A stretch of 64,000 nucleotides of DNA from Podarcis liolepis (taxonomy: Eukaryota): NCBI GenBank assembly GCA_965112155.1, contig OZ218106.1; one strand, written 5' to 3'. Below, piece after piece: positions 50,732 to 63,897 of the stretch (its first letter is position 1; every line of letters begins with the position of its first letter). The position numbers were made by a program, and so were the translations under genes. Under the pieces are notes generated by a model. It was not told where the DNA came from. It did not search any database and saw nothing but the letters and a program-made list of their open reading frames with translations.

Positions 50732-51686
50732 CTTTCATCTAGAGGGCAATGGCTGAGATAATCTATAGTCCTTGATATGACCTCTTCAAATCTCTTTCTT
50801 GCCCTGAGCAGCACAAGAGTTTATCTAAAGCCCAGAGAGTTGAGTAATCTGCAATGAGTAATTTAGCAAATTAAGTTGCTTTTTCCTGTTTAATAAGCTT
50901 GGTTTTTTTAAATAATAATCCTGATTTAATCAGAGGTTCGTGCATTCATCCCTGTGTTGTGTGGGTGTTTTCTTTAATTTGGCTGAATTCCTAAGTCATC
51001 ACGAACTCTAATAAACAGAACACTGGTTAGAAAACGGGAATTTTAACAGAGTTCACTGCCTGCCCACAAAATCACACATAACATCTCAACATTTCACAAC
51101 AAAGCATACATACCTTCCATTATTTCTTTGTAGTTTGCACCAAAAAAAAAAAAGGTGATTTCACCCTCTATCTCTCTTTTTAATCCAAACCATTTATATC
51201 CCACTCTTCTACTGGAAAGACTCCCAGAGTGGCTAATAGCTCAATAAGCAAAACACAATCCTTGCCTTTCATTTTAGAAACTAAAAGGACATGATAACAC
51301 AATGGAAAAAGGCATGTGGGTGGTGGGGCAGAGGAAAGCAAACAGACACCCCCTTCTTAAATGTTATCAATGGGATGGCAACAGGTTGTGTAAAGGTAAA
51401 AAAAGGGGGGGCTTATTAGTCTCCTGAGAAATAGCCCTTTCCTCTTGGAAGCAGATGTAACGCAGCTGCAGGTGGTTCACCATAATGGATTGGGTCCTTG
51501 GCCTTCCTGGGTCTAGCTGGAATGTGCTGGCTCATATGAGAAGTAGATTCACAGAGGCCCAGTTGATACCATCAACCCCAGAACAAGATGGTCTGGCTGG
51601 TCTTTCTCTGTGGGCACTTCCAAAAACCTTTAAAAGAGAGGTGGAGAGGCTAAGCCCAGGTGCAGAAAGCAGCACTGAGCCTAGAT

Positions 51687-51822
51687 CAGGCATGGCCAAA
51701 CTCAGCCCTCCAGATGTTTTGGGACTACAATTCCCATCACCCCTGACCACCGGTCCTGTTAGCTATGGATGATGGGAGTTGTAGTCCCAAAACATCTGAA
51801 GGGCCAAGTTTGGGAAACCCTG
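51687..51822. mobile_element. Palindromic hAT MITE
   Basis: Arms CAGATGTTTTGGGACTACAATTCCCATCA / TGATGGGAGTTGTAGTCCCAAAACATCTG; TSD GCCTAGAT / GACTAGAT (7/8). Confidence 0.8.
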
Positions 51823-51859
51823 GACTAGATGATTCTTGTGGTCCCTTCCGACTCTACAT

Positions 51860-52081
51860 GAGAGCCAGAATAGTGTAGTGGTTAAGAGTGGTGGACTCGT
51901 AATCTGGTGAACCGGGTTCGCTTCCCTGCTCCTCCACATGCAGCTGCTGGGTGACCTTGGGCTAGTCACACTTCTTTGAAGTCTCTCAGCCTCACTCGCC
52001 TCACAGAGTGTTTGTGATGGGGGAGGAAGGGAAAGGAGATTGTTAGCCGCTTTGAGACTCCTTAAGGGGAGTGAAAGGTGG
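51860..52081 (+). mobile_element. Young Squam3-like SINE running into an assembly gap
   Basis: Reverse complement of 19610-19850; its expected (TTC)n tail falls in the N-run. Confidence 0.82.
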
Positions 52082-52210
52082 NNNNNNNNNNNNNNNNNNN
52101 NNNNNNNNNNNNNNNNNNNNNNNNNNNNNNNNNNNNNNNNNNNNNNNNNNNNNNNNNNNNNNNNNNNNNNNNNNNNNNNNNNNNNNNNNNNNNNNNNNNN
52201 NNNNNNNNNN
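52082..52210. other. Assembly gap
   Basis: N run. Confidence 0.99.
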
Positions 52211-53019
52211 TGATATGGAGAATGGTCCCTACAAAGGAGGAGTAATGGCTAGACTAGCAGTACAAGTGGAGACAGCAGTTCTTCACTAAAACCACAAACT
52301 GATTTGAGGGGTGGGTAAGAGAAAGGAGGGGAAAAGTTAGCTTGTGTGCATTGTTCCAAGAGGGAGGGAGTGTGCATACATTTTGGCAAAGCTTAGAATG
52401 TTCATTTTAAAAGGAACTAGTTCTAGTTCAAGTTGCCCATGTCCCAAAAGCTACTAATTCCAGTTCATGCCGGTCCTTTTACTAAATAAATTAGTTTGGT
52501 TCATGTTGCATTCACAGTTCAGTTCCAGTTCATCTAAATTGATCTAAGTTGACACACACACACACACACACACACACCCCATGCCCAACATTCTGAATAT
52601 GACAAGTTGCTGTGCTGAAGTATAAAATAGATTTAAGAAGACTGAGAAAACTGTGTGTGTGTGTGTCAACATTATGAACCAGGAGAAAACTTTTGGAAAC
52701 TCTTTTCTCCACTCAAATCCTCACACAGGAAGTTCATAGTTACTGAGCTGATTCCGAATTAAGCTGGAGGGAGTTTACCAATCCTTATTTTTGTGTCAGC
52801 AGAAATTGACATCTCTGACATTTAAGAGAACTACTTTTAAATTAAAAAAACCTTTAAGGAATTCTCTTATACCCCCAGCCAACCTATAAGGCATTTTTAA
52901 CGAGGTTTTTGCTGGATTCTAAATATATCTGGGTGAGAATTTTCGAGTGAATAATGATCCTTAAGAAATCAGTGAGACAAGTTATTAATTCAAGTGCTAA
53001 CAGTCCTATTACAAGGTAA

Positions 53020-53280
53020 NNNNNNNNNNNNNNNNNNNNNNNNNNNNNNNNNNNNNNNNNNNNNNNNNNNNNNNNNNNNNNNNNNNNNNNNNNNNNNNNN
53101 NNNNNNNNNNNNNNNNNNNNNNNNNNNNNNNNNNNNNNNNNNNNNNNNNNNNNNNNNNNNNNNNNNNNNNNNNNNNNNNNNNNNNNNNNNNNNNNNNNNN
53201 NNNNNNNNNNNNNNNNNNNNNNNNNNNNNNNNNNNNNNNNNNNNNNNNNNNNNNNNNNNNNNNNNNNNNNNNNNNNNNNN
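53020..53280. other. Assembly gap
   Basis: N run. Confidence 0.99.
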
Positions 53281-53702
53281 ATGCATGCTGATAGAGGACT
53301 TTTGTGTGCCTGTTTTGGGGTGTATGTGTTTTACCTATAATCAACACTACAACCACACATAACAGAGTGTCATTTAAGATAACCTGCTACCTTTATTTAA
53401 AATGATGATCCTTCATATGAGAATTTCACAGGTGTGGTGACAATAACAGACAACTCTTATTTAAAAGTATAACTTCTCATTAACACCATCATTCTGCAGT
53501 TCATTATGCTTCTTGGGGGGGGGGTTAAAAAAAGGTTTCTGGCAATAAGGACATATTAGACAAATTGTGACCTGAGAAAAAGACAAAGTAAAAAGCTTCA
53601 TTAAATTGCTATTGGAAGACATGAACAATCACCAGAAAAGAAGGGCTGGTGTGAAGGTGCTAATTTAAACAAAATGTACAAAGAAGAATAGTCATCACTT
53701 AC

Positions 53703-53857
53703 CCATTTTAAGGTAAGAAGCAGCAACACCTGCTCCCCCGGTAGGAGATTATTGAAGAAATTCAACCTGATTTATTTTCCTTGTAAAAGACCCCAGACTT
53801 GTCCATCTGAACTTTGCCAGGCTTAATCAACTCTAGAAGCACTTCTTTTCCATCAAC
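53703..53857 (-). other. Candidate exon (mostly untranslated, ATG at its 3' edge) of an unidentified minus-strand transcript
   Basis: Minus strand CCTTTCCTCCTTTTGACAAAG|GTTGATGG ... TTAAAATGG|GTAAGT; unique, non-repetitive sequence. No homology support available. Confidence 0.3.
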
Positions 53858-54282
53858 CTTTGTCAAAAGGAGGAAAGGTTATACCCATTTGAAGATTTCC
53901 CCATTTTAGCTTCATCTAATAAAGAGTGGCTTGGAACCCAAAACACAGACTCAAGATGAGAGCACACAGTAACTGAGGAACTGATTCTATATATTCTTCT
54001 CTCATAAAACACCCACACCCACCCCAACAACGAAGAACCAGATAGACACAAGATGACTGATGGGGCCCATCCATACCCCTAATGTACATGATCCAAACCT
54101 CTCAGACCTCATGTGTGGATCAGACATGAGTAATCCACTGACTTTCACATACTCAAAAAGTTCTGTCACGGTTCTGATCTCAAAAACAGTATCAAAATAT
54201 GTTTCAAAATATGTGTCTTGAGGAAAAAAATGTTTAGAAATATTAATTTTAAAACAAAATACATAGAAGTATGTATTTAGCA

Positions 54283-54521
54283 NNNNNNNNNNNNNNNNNN
54301 NNNNNNNNNNNNNNNNNNNNNNNNNNNNNNNNNNNNNNNNNNNNNNNNNNNNNNNNNNNNNNNNNNNNNNNNNNNNNNNNNNNNNNNNNNNNNNNNNNNN
54401 NNNNNNNNNNNNNNNNNNNNNNNNNNNNNNNNNNNNNNNNNNNNNNNNNNNNNNNNNNNNNNNNNNNNNNNNNNNNNNNNNNNNNNNNNNNNNNNNNNNN
54501 NNNNNNNNNNNNNNNNNNNNN
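54283..54521. other. Assembly gap
   Basis: N run. Confidence 0.99.
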
Positions 54522-55335
54522 GTACAACTGGGGCAGAAGAGACCTGTGGTCAAATGGTGCAGAAGATATTATAGAAATTGAAATAAATTGTAGAATTTCA
54601 GAGGCCATATGGTAGTAATAAGATATATATATACAATCCGGTTGACTACAGAATTCATTATGTAAAACAGCTGACTCTTAGAAAGATAAAAATATGTCTC
54701 TAGTGGTTACTACTGAGCTTAAAAAAACAATCTGGAATCTAAAGCTGCAAAAATAAAAATCAGGAGTATAGTCCCACCAGTCCATTTAAGTGTTTAGATC
54801 CACCTCACGGTATATTTATCTGCAGACTTCAGATTCACTATGGAAAGGTGTTGACTGGAGAAGTGGCTGCAGATATTTGGAGTGAGAGGACCAAATCACT
54901 TATGACAAAGAAAGTGCAGAGGGGGATGTGAAACCCATTAGCATCTTAGCCAAGTTGACGCTACATTTGTGTGTGTGTGTGTGTCTGAGTGTGCGTCTGA
55001 TTCTTCCTGAACTGTAACACGAGTCTCTTCATGTATTAAGATCTTCTTCAGGGGTCCTTCTTCCTTCTATCACAGGTAAAGTGAACTGGAGACAGGGCTT
55101 TCTCTGTGTGGACAGTCCAGCTTTGAAACTGTCTCCCCATAATAATAATAAAAAGATGGCACCAAGTTTTTTGTGCTTTGGGCACCTGGTGAAACCCCAT
55201 TTATTTCCACAGACCTTTTAGATCTGTGGTTTTTAATTGCATTCTATCTGGTCAAGCTGTTGCTGTTTAAATTAAGGGGAATGGCCATAGCTCAATGATA
55301 GAACATTCAAGCCCCCCAAAGAGACAAATGGCTCT

Positions 55336-55480
55336 GAGCTACTTAGCAGTTGGTTAGAACATGGTGCTGATAATGCCAAGGTTGCAGGTTCGATCCCTGT
55401 ATGGGACAGCTGCATATTCCTACGTTGCAGGGAGTTGGACTAGATGATCCTCAGGGTACCCTTCCAACCCTACAATTCTA
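55336..55480 (+). mobile_element. tRNA-Ile-derived SINE with CR1-type tail
   Basis: CAGTTGGTTAGAACATGGTGCTGATAATGCCAAGGTTGCAGGTTCGATCCCTGTATGGG resembles tRNA-Ile; then TTGGACTAGATGATCCTCAGGGTACCCTTCCAACCCTACAATTCTA. Confidence 0.8.
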
Positions 55481-56125
55481 CAGCTACCATCATCCCTGAC
55501 TGTTGGGCTGAGCCTGGGAGTGATGGGCATTGGAGTTCAACAATATATGGGAAGATACAAGCTAACCACCCTGGCTGTAGCCCATCACCCTGTTTATCTG
55601 TGCTAAAATACGGTGGAACACAGTTTTATTTTTCTACAGCCCTTTCCGGTTGTGTGCCTGAATGATTTATAGAGCTAAGTTACACAGCTGAAGCGCTAAA
55701 TAATAAATAATTGCAGAGGAAGCGTGAAATCAAGAGACGTACAGTCAAGAGAGTGTGAGGGAAAGGTATGCTTTCTGCTGAGATTTGAAAGTAGATGGCG
55801 ACCAGACAAACCGCAGGGTGATAGGAAAGCTGTTCCAGATGGCAGCAGATTGTATATATATATATATATATATAAATCCCCTCTCTAACCACAGGTGGTC
55901 AGTTGTGTGCAGGGACGATGTGTACAGCCAAAGGGTTAGACAAGCAGAACATGCAAGGAGCAAAGTAACATTTCATAAATGAACGAGACTGATTTTGGAT
56001 CCCATCCTGAAATTGGAAGAGGAAGGGAATTGGGGCCTGATGCATGTTTTCCCCCTACAAAGATGCTGGAAAAAAATTGCTTCCCCCACTTCTTTCTATG
56101 CAGTTTTGGAATAAAAGAGACAGTA

Positions 56126-56333
56126 CAGTGGTACCTCGGGTTACATACGCTTCAGGTTACATATGCTTCAGGTTACAGACTCCGCTAACCCAGAAATAGT
56201 GCTTCAGGTTAAGAACTTTGCTTCAGGATAAGTACAGAAATCGGGCTCTGGCGGTGCGGAGGCAGCAGGAGGCCCCATTAGCTAAAGTGGTGCTTCAGGT
56301 TAAGAACAGTTTCAGGTTAAGAATGGACCACTG
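56126..56333 (+). mobile_element. Tc1/mariner MITE, family A, with internal deletion near right end
   Basis: TA|CAGTGGTACCTCGGGTTAC left end; right end reduced to GGACCACTG compared with the 61846 copy. Confidence 0.85.
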
Positions 56334-58365
56334 TTATTTCATAAAACAGTTGCAGATTTGGGGGAAAACAACACTAAAGCTAGAAAAATTACCTTTCCTT
56401 GCTTTCCAGAAGAGTAGATGAACTGGGCTGCTGCACTATATAGTTAAAGCATTATCATACCACTTTAAACTGTCATGGCACCCCCAAAGAATTCTGGGAA
56501 CCAAAATTTGTTAAGGGTGCTGAGAGTTGTTATGAAACCCTTATTCCCCTATTCCCTTCACAGACCTACAACTCCCAGAGTTCCCTGGGAAGGGAGAGTG
56601 ACATTTAAACTACTCTGGGAATTGTAGCGATGCAAAGTGAATTTGAATGTTGAAAATGGCACCCTTGAAGTCTCAAATCTCAAAATAAGATTGTAGGGAG
56701 GGCTCCACGTTTTGCTCTTAAATTCTCTGAGTCAATCCGTTCTGCAATTAAAACTGGTCATAGCTGGCCTATTCTTTATTAAACATTAATCCTTGACTGC
56801 CGCTTCTTGCGTCAGTGAGCTCAGGACTGGCTCTCCCTTTGAACCAGCCAGCGCTGCGCTGTTAAGCAGTGAAGTGGGAGAAACACAGTCTACCTCTTGC
56901 TCAAACTGGCAGGTATAATGTGACAGGCAAAACTTATGGAACACTAAATTAAAGGGGAGCTGGTAGTTGCAGTCTGCTGCCATTGACAGTGCCCCAAATA
57001 TTAAGACCTCTGCCGGTAAACCCTGGAGTATGGACATCACCTTTCAGGAACCACTCTGGTGCTGAAACTCTGAATTTTATATCAGCGGATAGAATATGGT
57101 TGGCTGAAATACCTCAGTTTATAAAAGCTCAGCATTTATATTGTCTGCTATGTGTCTGACATCTAACCTGAAGGATCTTAAAGCCTTTGAGCAGGGAATT
57201 TGAAGAGAGGTGGCCAAAAATATTTTGGTACCTGAGAGAGAAATTCAAAATGGCACTCTTATATAGTGGGTAATAATAAACCGTTTGACGATGTGCTGTC
57301 CTTGAAGGATGTCTCAGAATCTCAACTCTAGGTACTGTATCCAACTGACGGATTGGTTCTGATTCTTAATATTTGGAGAGTGCTCTTCTAGCTTGTTTTA
57401 TGGGATGACACTTGTATATATAAGAATTTCAGGATGTTTCAAGATACTCTGCTGACTGTCTTGGGGCAGCCACTTGCTCCTGTATGAAGTTGTGGAGCTC
57501 AACTCCCCCCCCCCCCAAAAAAAATGAGCCGGATTATTGTTTTCATGGACCTTCCCTCCTGACACTGCTTTAATTAATTATTTTTTTTAAAAAAGAGATT
57601 GCTCCATTACTACATTTGCTTCCAACGGGTATCAGCCGTTGCTCCTGAATCAAAGAGAGAAGATTCATGAATTGCAGATGATCGTGCCAGGGGCTATTGA
57701 TTTTCTTTCACTTCTCTTCGATGTCCTCTGAATCACCCCTTGCATGTTGTGGGATTGCGACCTAAGGATAACTGATTGTGCAAACAGAACCTTGGAGAAC
57801 TTGAAATGAGAGCGCTCACATGGACCTTCGGCCGCAAACTGGATATGATATAGGGGGTGTACGATTAAGATCTCCTGCAGTTTTTTGTTTAAAAAAAACT
57901 AATTAGCTAATGTGATTGCTTTGAAGGTTGGGGAAGTAGGGCTGGGGTGTTGAACTGCTCCTTTGTAGGCCGTTTCCCAAAGCTAAATTGCACCCACCCT
58001 GCGCGTTGCTGTTAGCTTTGTGGGAGAAAATATGAAGTGCCATGTGTGTACCTATGGCATTTAGATCAGGAAAGGGTTTGGGGGATAATAAATCATCATC
58101 ATCATCATCCCCTGCCAGTGTTGCCACTGCTGAGCGGGGGGGATGAGCCGGAGCTTGTCCTGAGCAGTGAAGGTGACAGTGAGGGAGCATTCCATGGTCT
58201 TTCCATGGCCTCTGCATGGCTGCTGCTGCCAGCTTTCTCCCTTGGGCTGCTATTTCTGAGGCCCTGCCCCATGCGATGTGCCAGCTCTGAGGGGCAGGCA
58301 GAGAGCAGGGCCACCCTGGGTGGGAAGAAATGGGGAAGGGAGCAGAGCAGAGTGCAAGGAGTCTA

Positions 58366-58440
58366 TCCTTCCTTCCTTCCTTCCTTCCTTCCTTCCTTCC
58401 TTCCTTCCTTCCTTCCTTCCTTCCTTCCTTCTTTCTTTCT
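58366..58440. repeat. (TTCC)n microsatellite
   Basis: Direct observation. Confidence 0.95.
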
Positions 58441-60306
58441 TAAAATGCTTTATGCATCTAATCTTGCCCCCTTTCTAAAAGTTATTTATTGGTGTGTGTT
58501 ATTCTTTTTGTAAATTTACCAAGGAATAAAATAAAATAAAATTTGGATTCAGAGATTTTCTCAGGACGGCAAAGGGTATGTGTGCTGTGTACTGCTGGTG
58601 TAATTGTGGCAGCACTCACCTTCTTCTGATAGGAAATGTTCTGCAATGGGGGGGGGGGGTTTGACAAAATGAGGAGGAGTTGAGGAGGATTAGTTGTGGG
58701 GGAGAAAAAAATGTCCCCATTTTCATCTGTGAAATGTTGGAGGGTATGGACCTGTGTTCTGATATGTTCCCAGTGCCGACTACACTGATGGTGCTTTATA
58801 AGGAGTAAATATTTGAAAACGTTTTATGAAAAGAGTGGGGCAAATGTGCTCATGGTAACATCAACAACAAACCCAGAGCTGCTTCTATCTTTTGAACAGC
58901 TGCCAGAAATATCTGTTATGTCTTTGCAATTTCTTCTTAAAAAGAAATAGAACATCCCATCGTTGCGTGATAGATACTGAGAGCCCTGTCTAACTCTGGC
59001 TAGCTAAGAAAATTTTTCAGCAAGTAACAAAGTTTGACTGCTCCCTCCCTTTCTGATGTTGCTATCAGGCATGCCTCTTTCTAAAGTGATTATCACTGGT
59101 TTTCTGCCACCACCACCCTACCTCACTTGGCATACTGGCGTGAAATGATTGGCTTATTAGACACGTCTGGTTATTGCCAGCTTGGCATGTATTAACCATA
59201 TCAAGTGGATAGAGGAAAGCCATCAAGCCAGGAATCAAACCGGATTGCAAACCAGCACAGTGAGGCAGGTTTAGGCATTCAATTTGCTGGCTTATGCTTT
59301 GGCCTTGTCCCTATTACTTACGTTCCATGCTAAGATTCTGCAAGACAGCACAGCTCTCGAGTGCCCCATCAAATCTGAAACTGTTCTGTTTAGAATCATC
59401 AGATATTATTCTCTACTTGTTATGGGATAAGTAAAGCATAAGTATGCGAGGACAGACAAAAATTCCTTTATAATAGTACTACTGACATATTTTTTTAAAT
59501 TTGACTGTATCAGATTGATGACTAATAAAGCCCATTTTCTCTTTCCCACTTTCTATCATTAATTCTTCCTTTGTCCCCCACCCCCATCTCCATCAAGTCC
59601 TGTCTCATTAAAAGCACTTATTGGACTAGCTGGCCTGAACAACCGAGGGCTTATCCAAACACTTACCATGGTTTAAAGCTCTATTTCCAAGCACTCTTTT
59701 TCCCTCTCTTTGCTCCAGAGCTTTCCCCATCAAAACCCACTCTTTAAAGCTGAATCAGAGCAAATGGCAACCCACGAAAAATTCTAATTGCAGTTTGTTG
59801 CTCCTCAGCTTTAAGTATGGATAAGCCCTTAATGGGAGCTCAGCAATCTAATAGTTTGCTCCTATTCTTGCACTTAGGGAAGCTTGTGGAAAGATATGAC
59901 CTTATATCGAAATATAGCGTTAATAATAGTAGATGTGTTGAAGTGGCTCATTTAAACACAGAACTATTTACGGGGTATAGAATGCTGGCAAGTTCTATTC
60001 GACTCAGTGGGACATAATTCTGAGGAAACATGCCTAGGCGTGCACTGTAAGACAATTATTTTATTTTTTAAATTCTCATTTGCACTTGCAAAATTTGGCT
60101 TTGCACTGCACATGTAGTAGTTCTGCGTACTGACAGTTTACTGTTGGTGCGCATTCTCTGCATTTGTGTATTATTTTTGCCATCTGTGTGGCATATGAAA
60201 TGCACCATCTAAAATAGGTGATTTTGTGCAGGTTAAAGTCTTGGTGAGTTGAAATGAACACAAAAGACAGATGGGTCTTGCAGGTTATTGGAAAGCCTGA
60301 ACATGC

Positions 60307-60309
<3 letters not shown>

Positions 60310-60357
<48 letters not shown>

Positions 60358-60371
60358 GCTCACACACACAC
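60310..60371. repeat. (CA)n microsatellite
   Basis: Direct observation. Confidence 0.95.
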
Positions 60372-61845
60372 CGTTAGGGCAAACTATTAATGCATATTGA
60401 GTGAGGAATATGTGTCTTACATAATGCCCGTCATTTTGACAGGTGGAGGGACTGTGGTGGAAGGCTTGTATATTGCAAGGGCCCTGGGATATGGGTCACG
60501 GGGATCACTGTACACAAGGTAGTGCATCTCTTTTGCAGAATCCAGAAGGCCACAGGTGACAATGTTTGCTTTCACCAAACCAGTGGATTAGAAGAAAGCA
60601 TGTTCCATTGTACACTGGGGGTGGTATGGTGGGTCCTTTTAGCAGCAGCCCCTTGCACAAAGGATGAGATGCTGGCAAATGCCTCTAAGAAATACTGCAT
60701 ACACCTGTATACACCATTCAACTATCGAGGAAAACACCCCCAGTGCTCTGAGTCTAAGGGAATGCCATCAGTGCAAAGGCTATGCCAATGCTGGTGACCC
60801 TTGTCACCGAGAATAAGACCTAAATGCATCCACATAGCTCCACTTTTTCATCTAGTTCTATGCTGGGTTGAATGTTCCCCTGTCTATATGCATGGTGTCC
60901 AAGGGATCTTGTAGTTGTGTGTTGCTTACCCTCCTTCCTCCTTAAGGTCCCAGGGTCTGTTACAGCAGTTAAAAAAAAAGAAGTATTAAAAACAGTTGAA
61001 AGCAACTTAGAATCACAGAAATATGGTAGGCCCTAAAAATATACACCCCAAATGTCAAAAGCCACAGTAAAGAGGAGCCTCTTCAGTATTTGCAGGAATT
61101 GTATAATGAAGGTGCCAGACACAGCTTTTAAAGGTCTTACACTTTTAAGACTTCCCAACCTTCCTATAAACCTTCCGAAATTAAACAACACCGAAAAGCC
61201 AGAAAAGCTCCCTCTCATTATAGATAATGCTATAAATACAGACTTCCGTCAAGACAGCCTAGCACATTTTTTGGTTCAAGAAACACAACCTGCTTATGTA
61301 TGTAAATATTCTTGCCTAACTTTCCAGGAGTGATAGCAGAATCATCCACTTCTCGCACACTCTCCATAAGCAGAGCGCAGAGTTCCTTCCATGTCATGTT
61401 TGTTACTGGTTGCCCGGAAAATGAAATGGATGAATATGATCAACAAATTTCAAAAAGTTTAGCTAAGGTCATTGTGGCTTATGAGCACAATGCATTTTAT
61501 GTGCAAAGTCAGTTATAAAGCAGTCGGGATATTTTGAAAGTTGATTGGCTCTCAGTCCTTACTGAAGGAGATTATTTTGTTCCTAAGGGCCAAGCTACAC
61601 ATTATGCAGGAGACCTGTGATCAATATCCTGATGTATGTATATATTTGTAACTGAAATGCAGCCACATAGACTGCCGGTATCTTTGAGGCAATGGCAGAG
61701 AGGAGAGGGTGCTTAACCCTTTCTCTCCCTGCACAATTTATTTTTTCTGATGACATAGACCGATTTCACATAATTTTGCTCCCAAAAGCGGGCATATCTG
61801 TTGTTTAAGAAGGGCAAGACCGCAATTATTAAAATATCAGTGATA

Positions 61846-62071
61846 CAGTGGTACCTTGGGTTACATACGCTTCAGGTTACAGACTCCGTTAACCCAGAAA
61901 TAGTACCTCGGGTTAAGAACTTTGCTTCAGGATGAGAACAGAAATTGTGCTCTAGCGGCATGGCAGCAGCAGGAGGCCCCATTAGCTAAAGTGGTGCTTC
62001 AGGTTAAGAACAGTTTCAGGTTAAGAACGGACCTCCGGAACGAATTAAATACTTAACCTGAGGTACCACTG
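61846..62071 (+). mobile_element. Tc1/mariner MITE, family A
   Basis: TA|CAGTGGTACCTTGGGTTA ... TAACCTGAGGTACCACTG|TA. Confidence 0.9.
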
Positions 62072-63342
62072 TATGTGATTTCATCTGTAAAACAAAATTA
62101 TCAAGTGGTTTTTCTGAGGCCCCCAGCAATTTTCAAGTGGTCCACAGGGGGGAAATAGTTTGTGAACTGGTGGCTTGGGCCATCATGCAGGAGTGATTCT
62201 TCTCTGGAAATGCTTGCAATTCAATAAAATGAAGTATATCAAACTCAGTTAGAGGTGAATGAATTGTCACAAGGTGATTTTGACGAGGTGCCAACTTCTG
62301 CCTCAGGATTCCAATTTTTTCCTCCAGTGCAAGCCTAAAAATAATTCTTATAACAAATATAAATACATATACTGCTGCTTATGTTAAACATCATCCTATA
62401 AAGGATAGGTTCGATATAAATCCAATTAAAGCCCACAGTTTAATCCCATAATTAATAAATTAAATCTACACATTAACTTCTTGTTATTATAGATTCTTTT
62501 CTACCATTGTGAAAAGCATTTTTTTTTCTGAGAGCTTTTGCTTTTTTATTGCTGTATGTATTTTTGTTTCATGCTACCCAAAATGTTTTCCCCTTGGATA
62601 ATTCATGAATCTGAAGAAAATTCTTTGTTGGAGAGAATAAGATAGGGTAGGTTTATGGATAATACTGTGTGTTGTATTTTTCTGTTCAACATTAGCAGAG
62701 AATGATTCTTAGCTCTTATCACTTGACAGGAATTATTCCGCTTTTATCCACAAATGGGTGTCTCATTCATTCCTAGCTCAATCATAAGCAATGTTACTCA
62801 ACTTTTCAGTTCTGTAGCTTATCTAAAACTGTTTCTAGCTGAAATGGAATCACTACCGGGACCCTGCATAAATCTGCATTTTAACCTGAAAGTTAAGGCT
62901 GTTTCGCAAATTCTAAGTTGTGTAATGAAGGAAGAGACATATCCCGTTCTGGGACTATCATTAGTTTTACATGTTACTGTAATATTAGACAAAAGAATGT
63001 CTTTAGGGATTATAAAAAGTTTGCTAGAGTTTTCAGTATTATATGTGCAACTGAGAAGATTAATCATTTCAAGATGGTTAATATTAAGTAAGTGTTAATT
63101 AGAATTGGTGTGCTATGATAGATAAATTAGCAATCATTCAATGAATCAGAATAAAAATTAACCATGATCTCTAGAAAATAAAATACTTTTACTTAAGATT
63201 CTTTGGGCTTTCACAATGAAGCTCTTGTTAGCATTTACTGAAGAGGTTTAGAACACACACACGACCATAGATATAAGAGACAATTTGTCTCAGTTAGTTT
63301 TAGGTAACATACATGATTTCACGCAACTTGAACGTGAGATGC

Positions 63343-63897
63343 TGTCAGGGCTGGAGTCAGATGCAGGTCAGCAAGCAGAAGCAGAGTTTGTCATTCAAAG
63401 AAATGGCATACAACTCAGCAACCCTTCTCAGTAAGTCTTGCCCCTATAGAACAGTTCCCAGGACTGACAGTCCTCACCTTCAACCCACTCTAAGGCTCTT
63501 CCACTGCCACATGTTTCCCAAGTAGTCTCAGACTGTGGCGGGGCATCTCTAATCTCTGTTCTGCGCTATGCATCACTCTGAGGGTCACTGGAAACAAGGA
63601 GGGAGGGGAACTTGTCACAGTTGGAGAGGCAGGCTCCCTATATTATTCTGCAGCCTCTTGCCCCTCTTCCTCTGCTTCAGCTGAGTTGGAACTGCTCTCT
63701 GTCACAGGCTCTCCCTGCTCACCAAATCCTGTTGCCCATTCAGCATCCAACAATTCCTTGCACTCTTCTTCCTCTGACCCCTCTTCAATGTCCCACCACC
63801 AACCCCCTGGCTCTGAGCCTTCCTCCTCTGGGGTTTCTCTTGGAGGTTCCCTGGCTGGTGTCTTCCACCACTCCTCTTCACCAGCCAGTCCCTGACA
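63343..63897 (-). mobile_element. Probable solo LTR (Gypsy-like)
   Basis: TG...CA termini with inverted TGTCAGGG / CCCTGACA; its minus-strand start TGTCAGGGACTGG recurs at ~23275. No TSD recognised. Confidence 0.5.

Noticed and set aside
52071-54615. ORFs containing X runs
   Set aside because: Artefacts of translation through assembly gaps.
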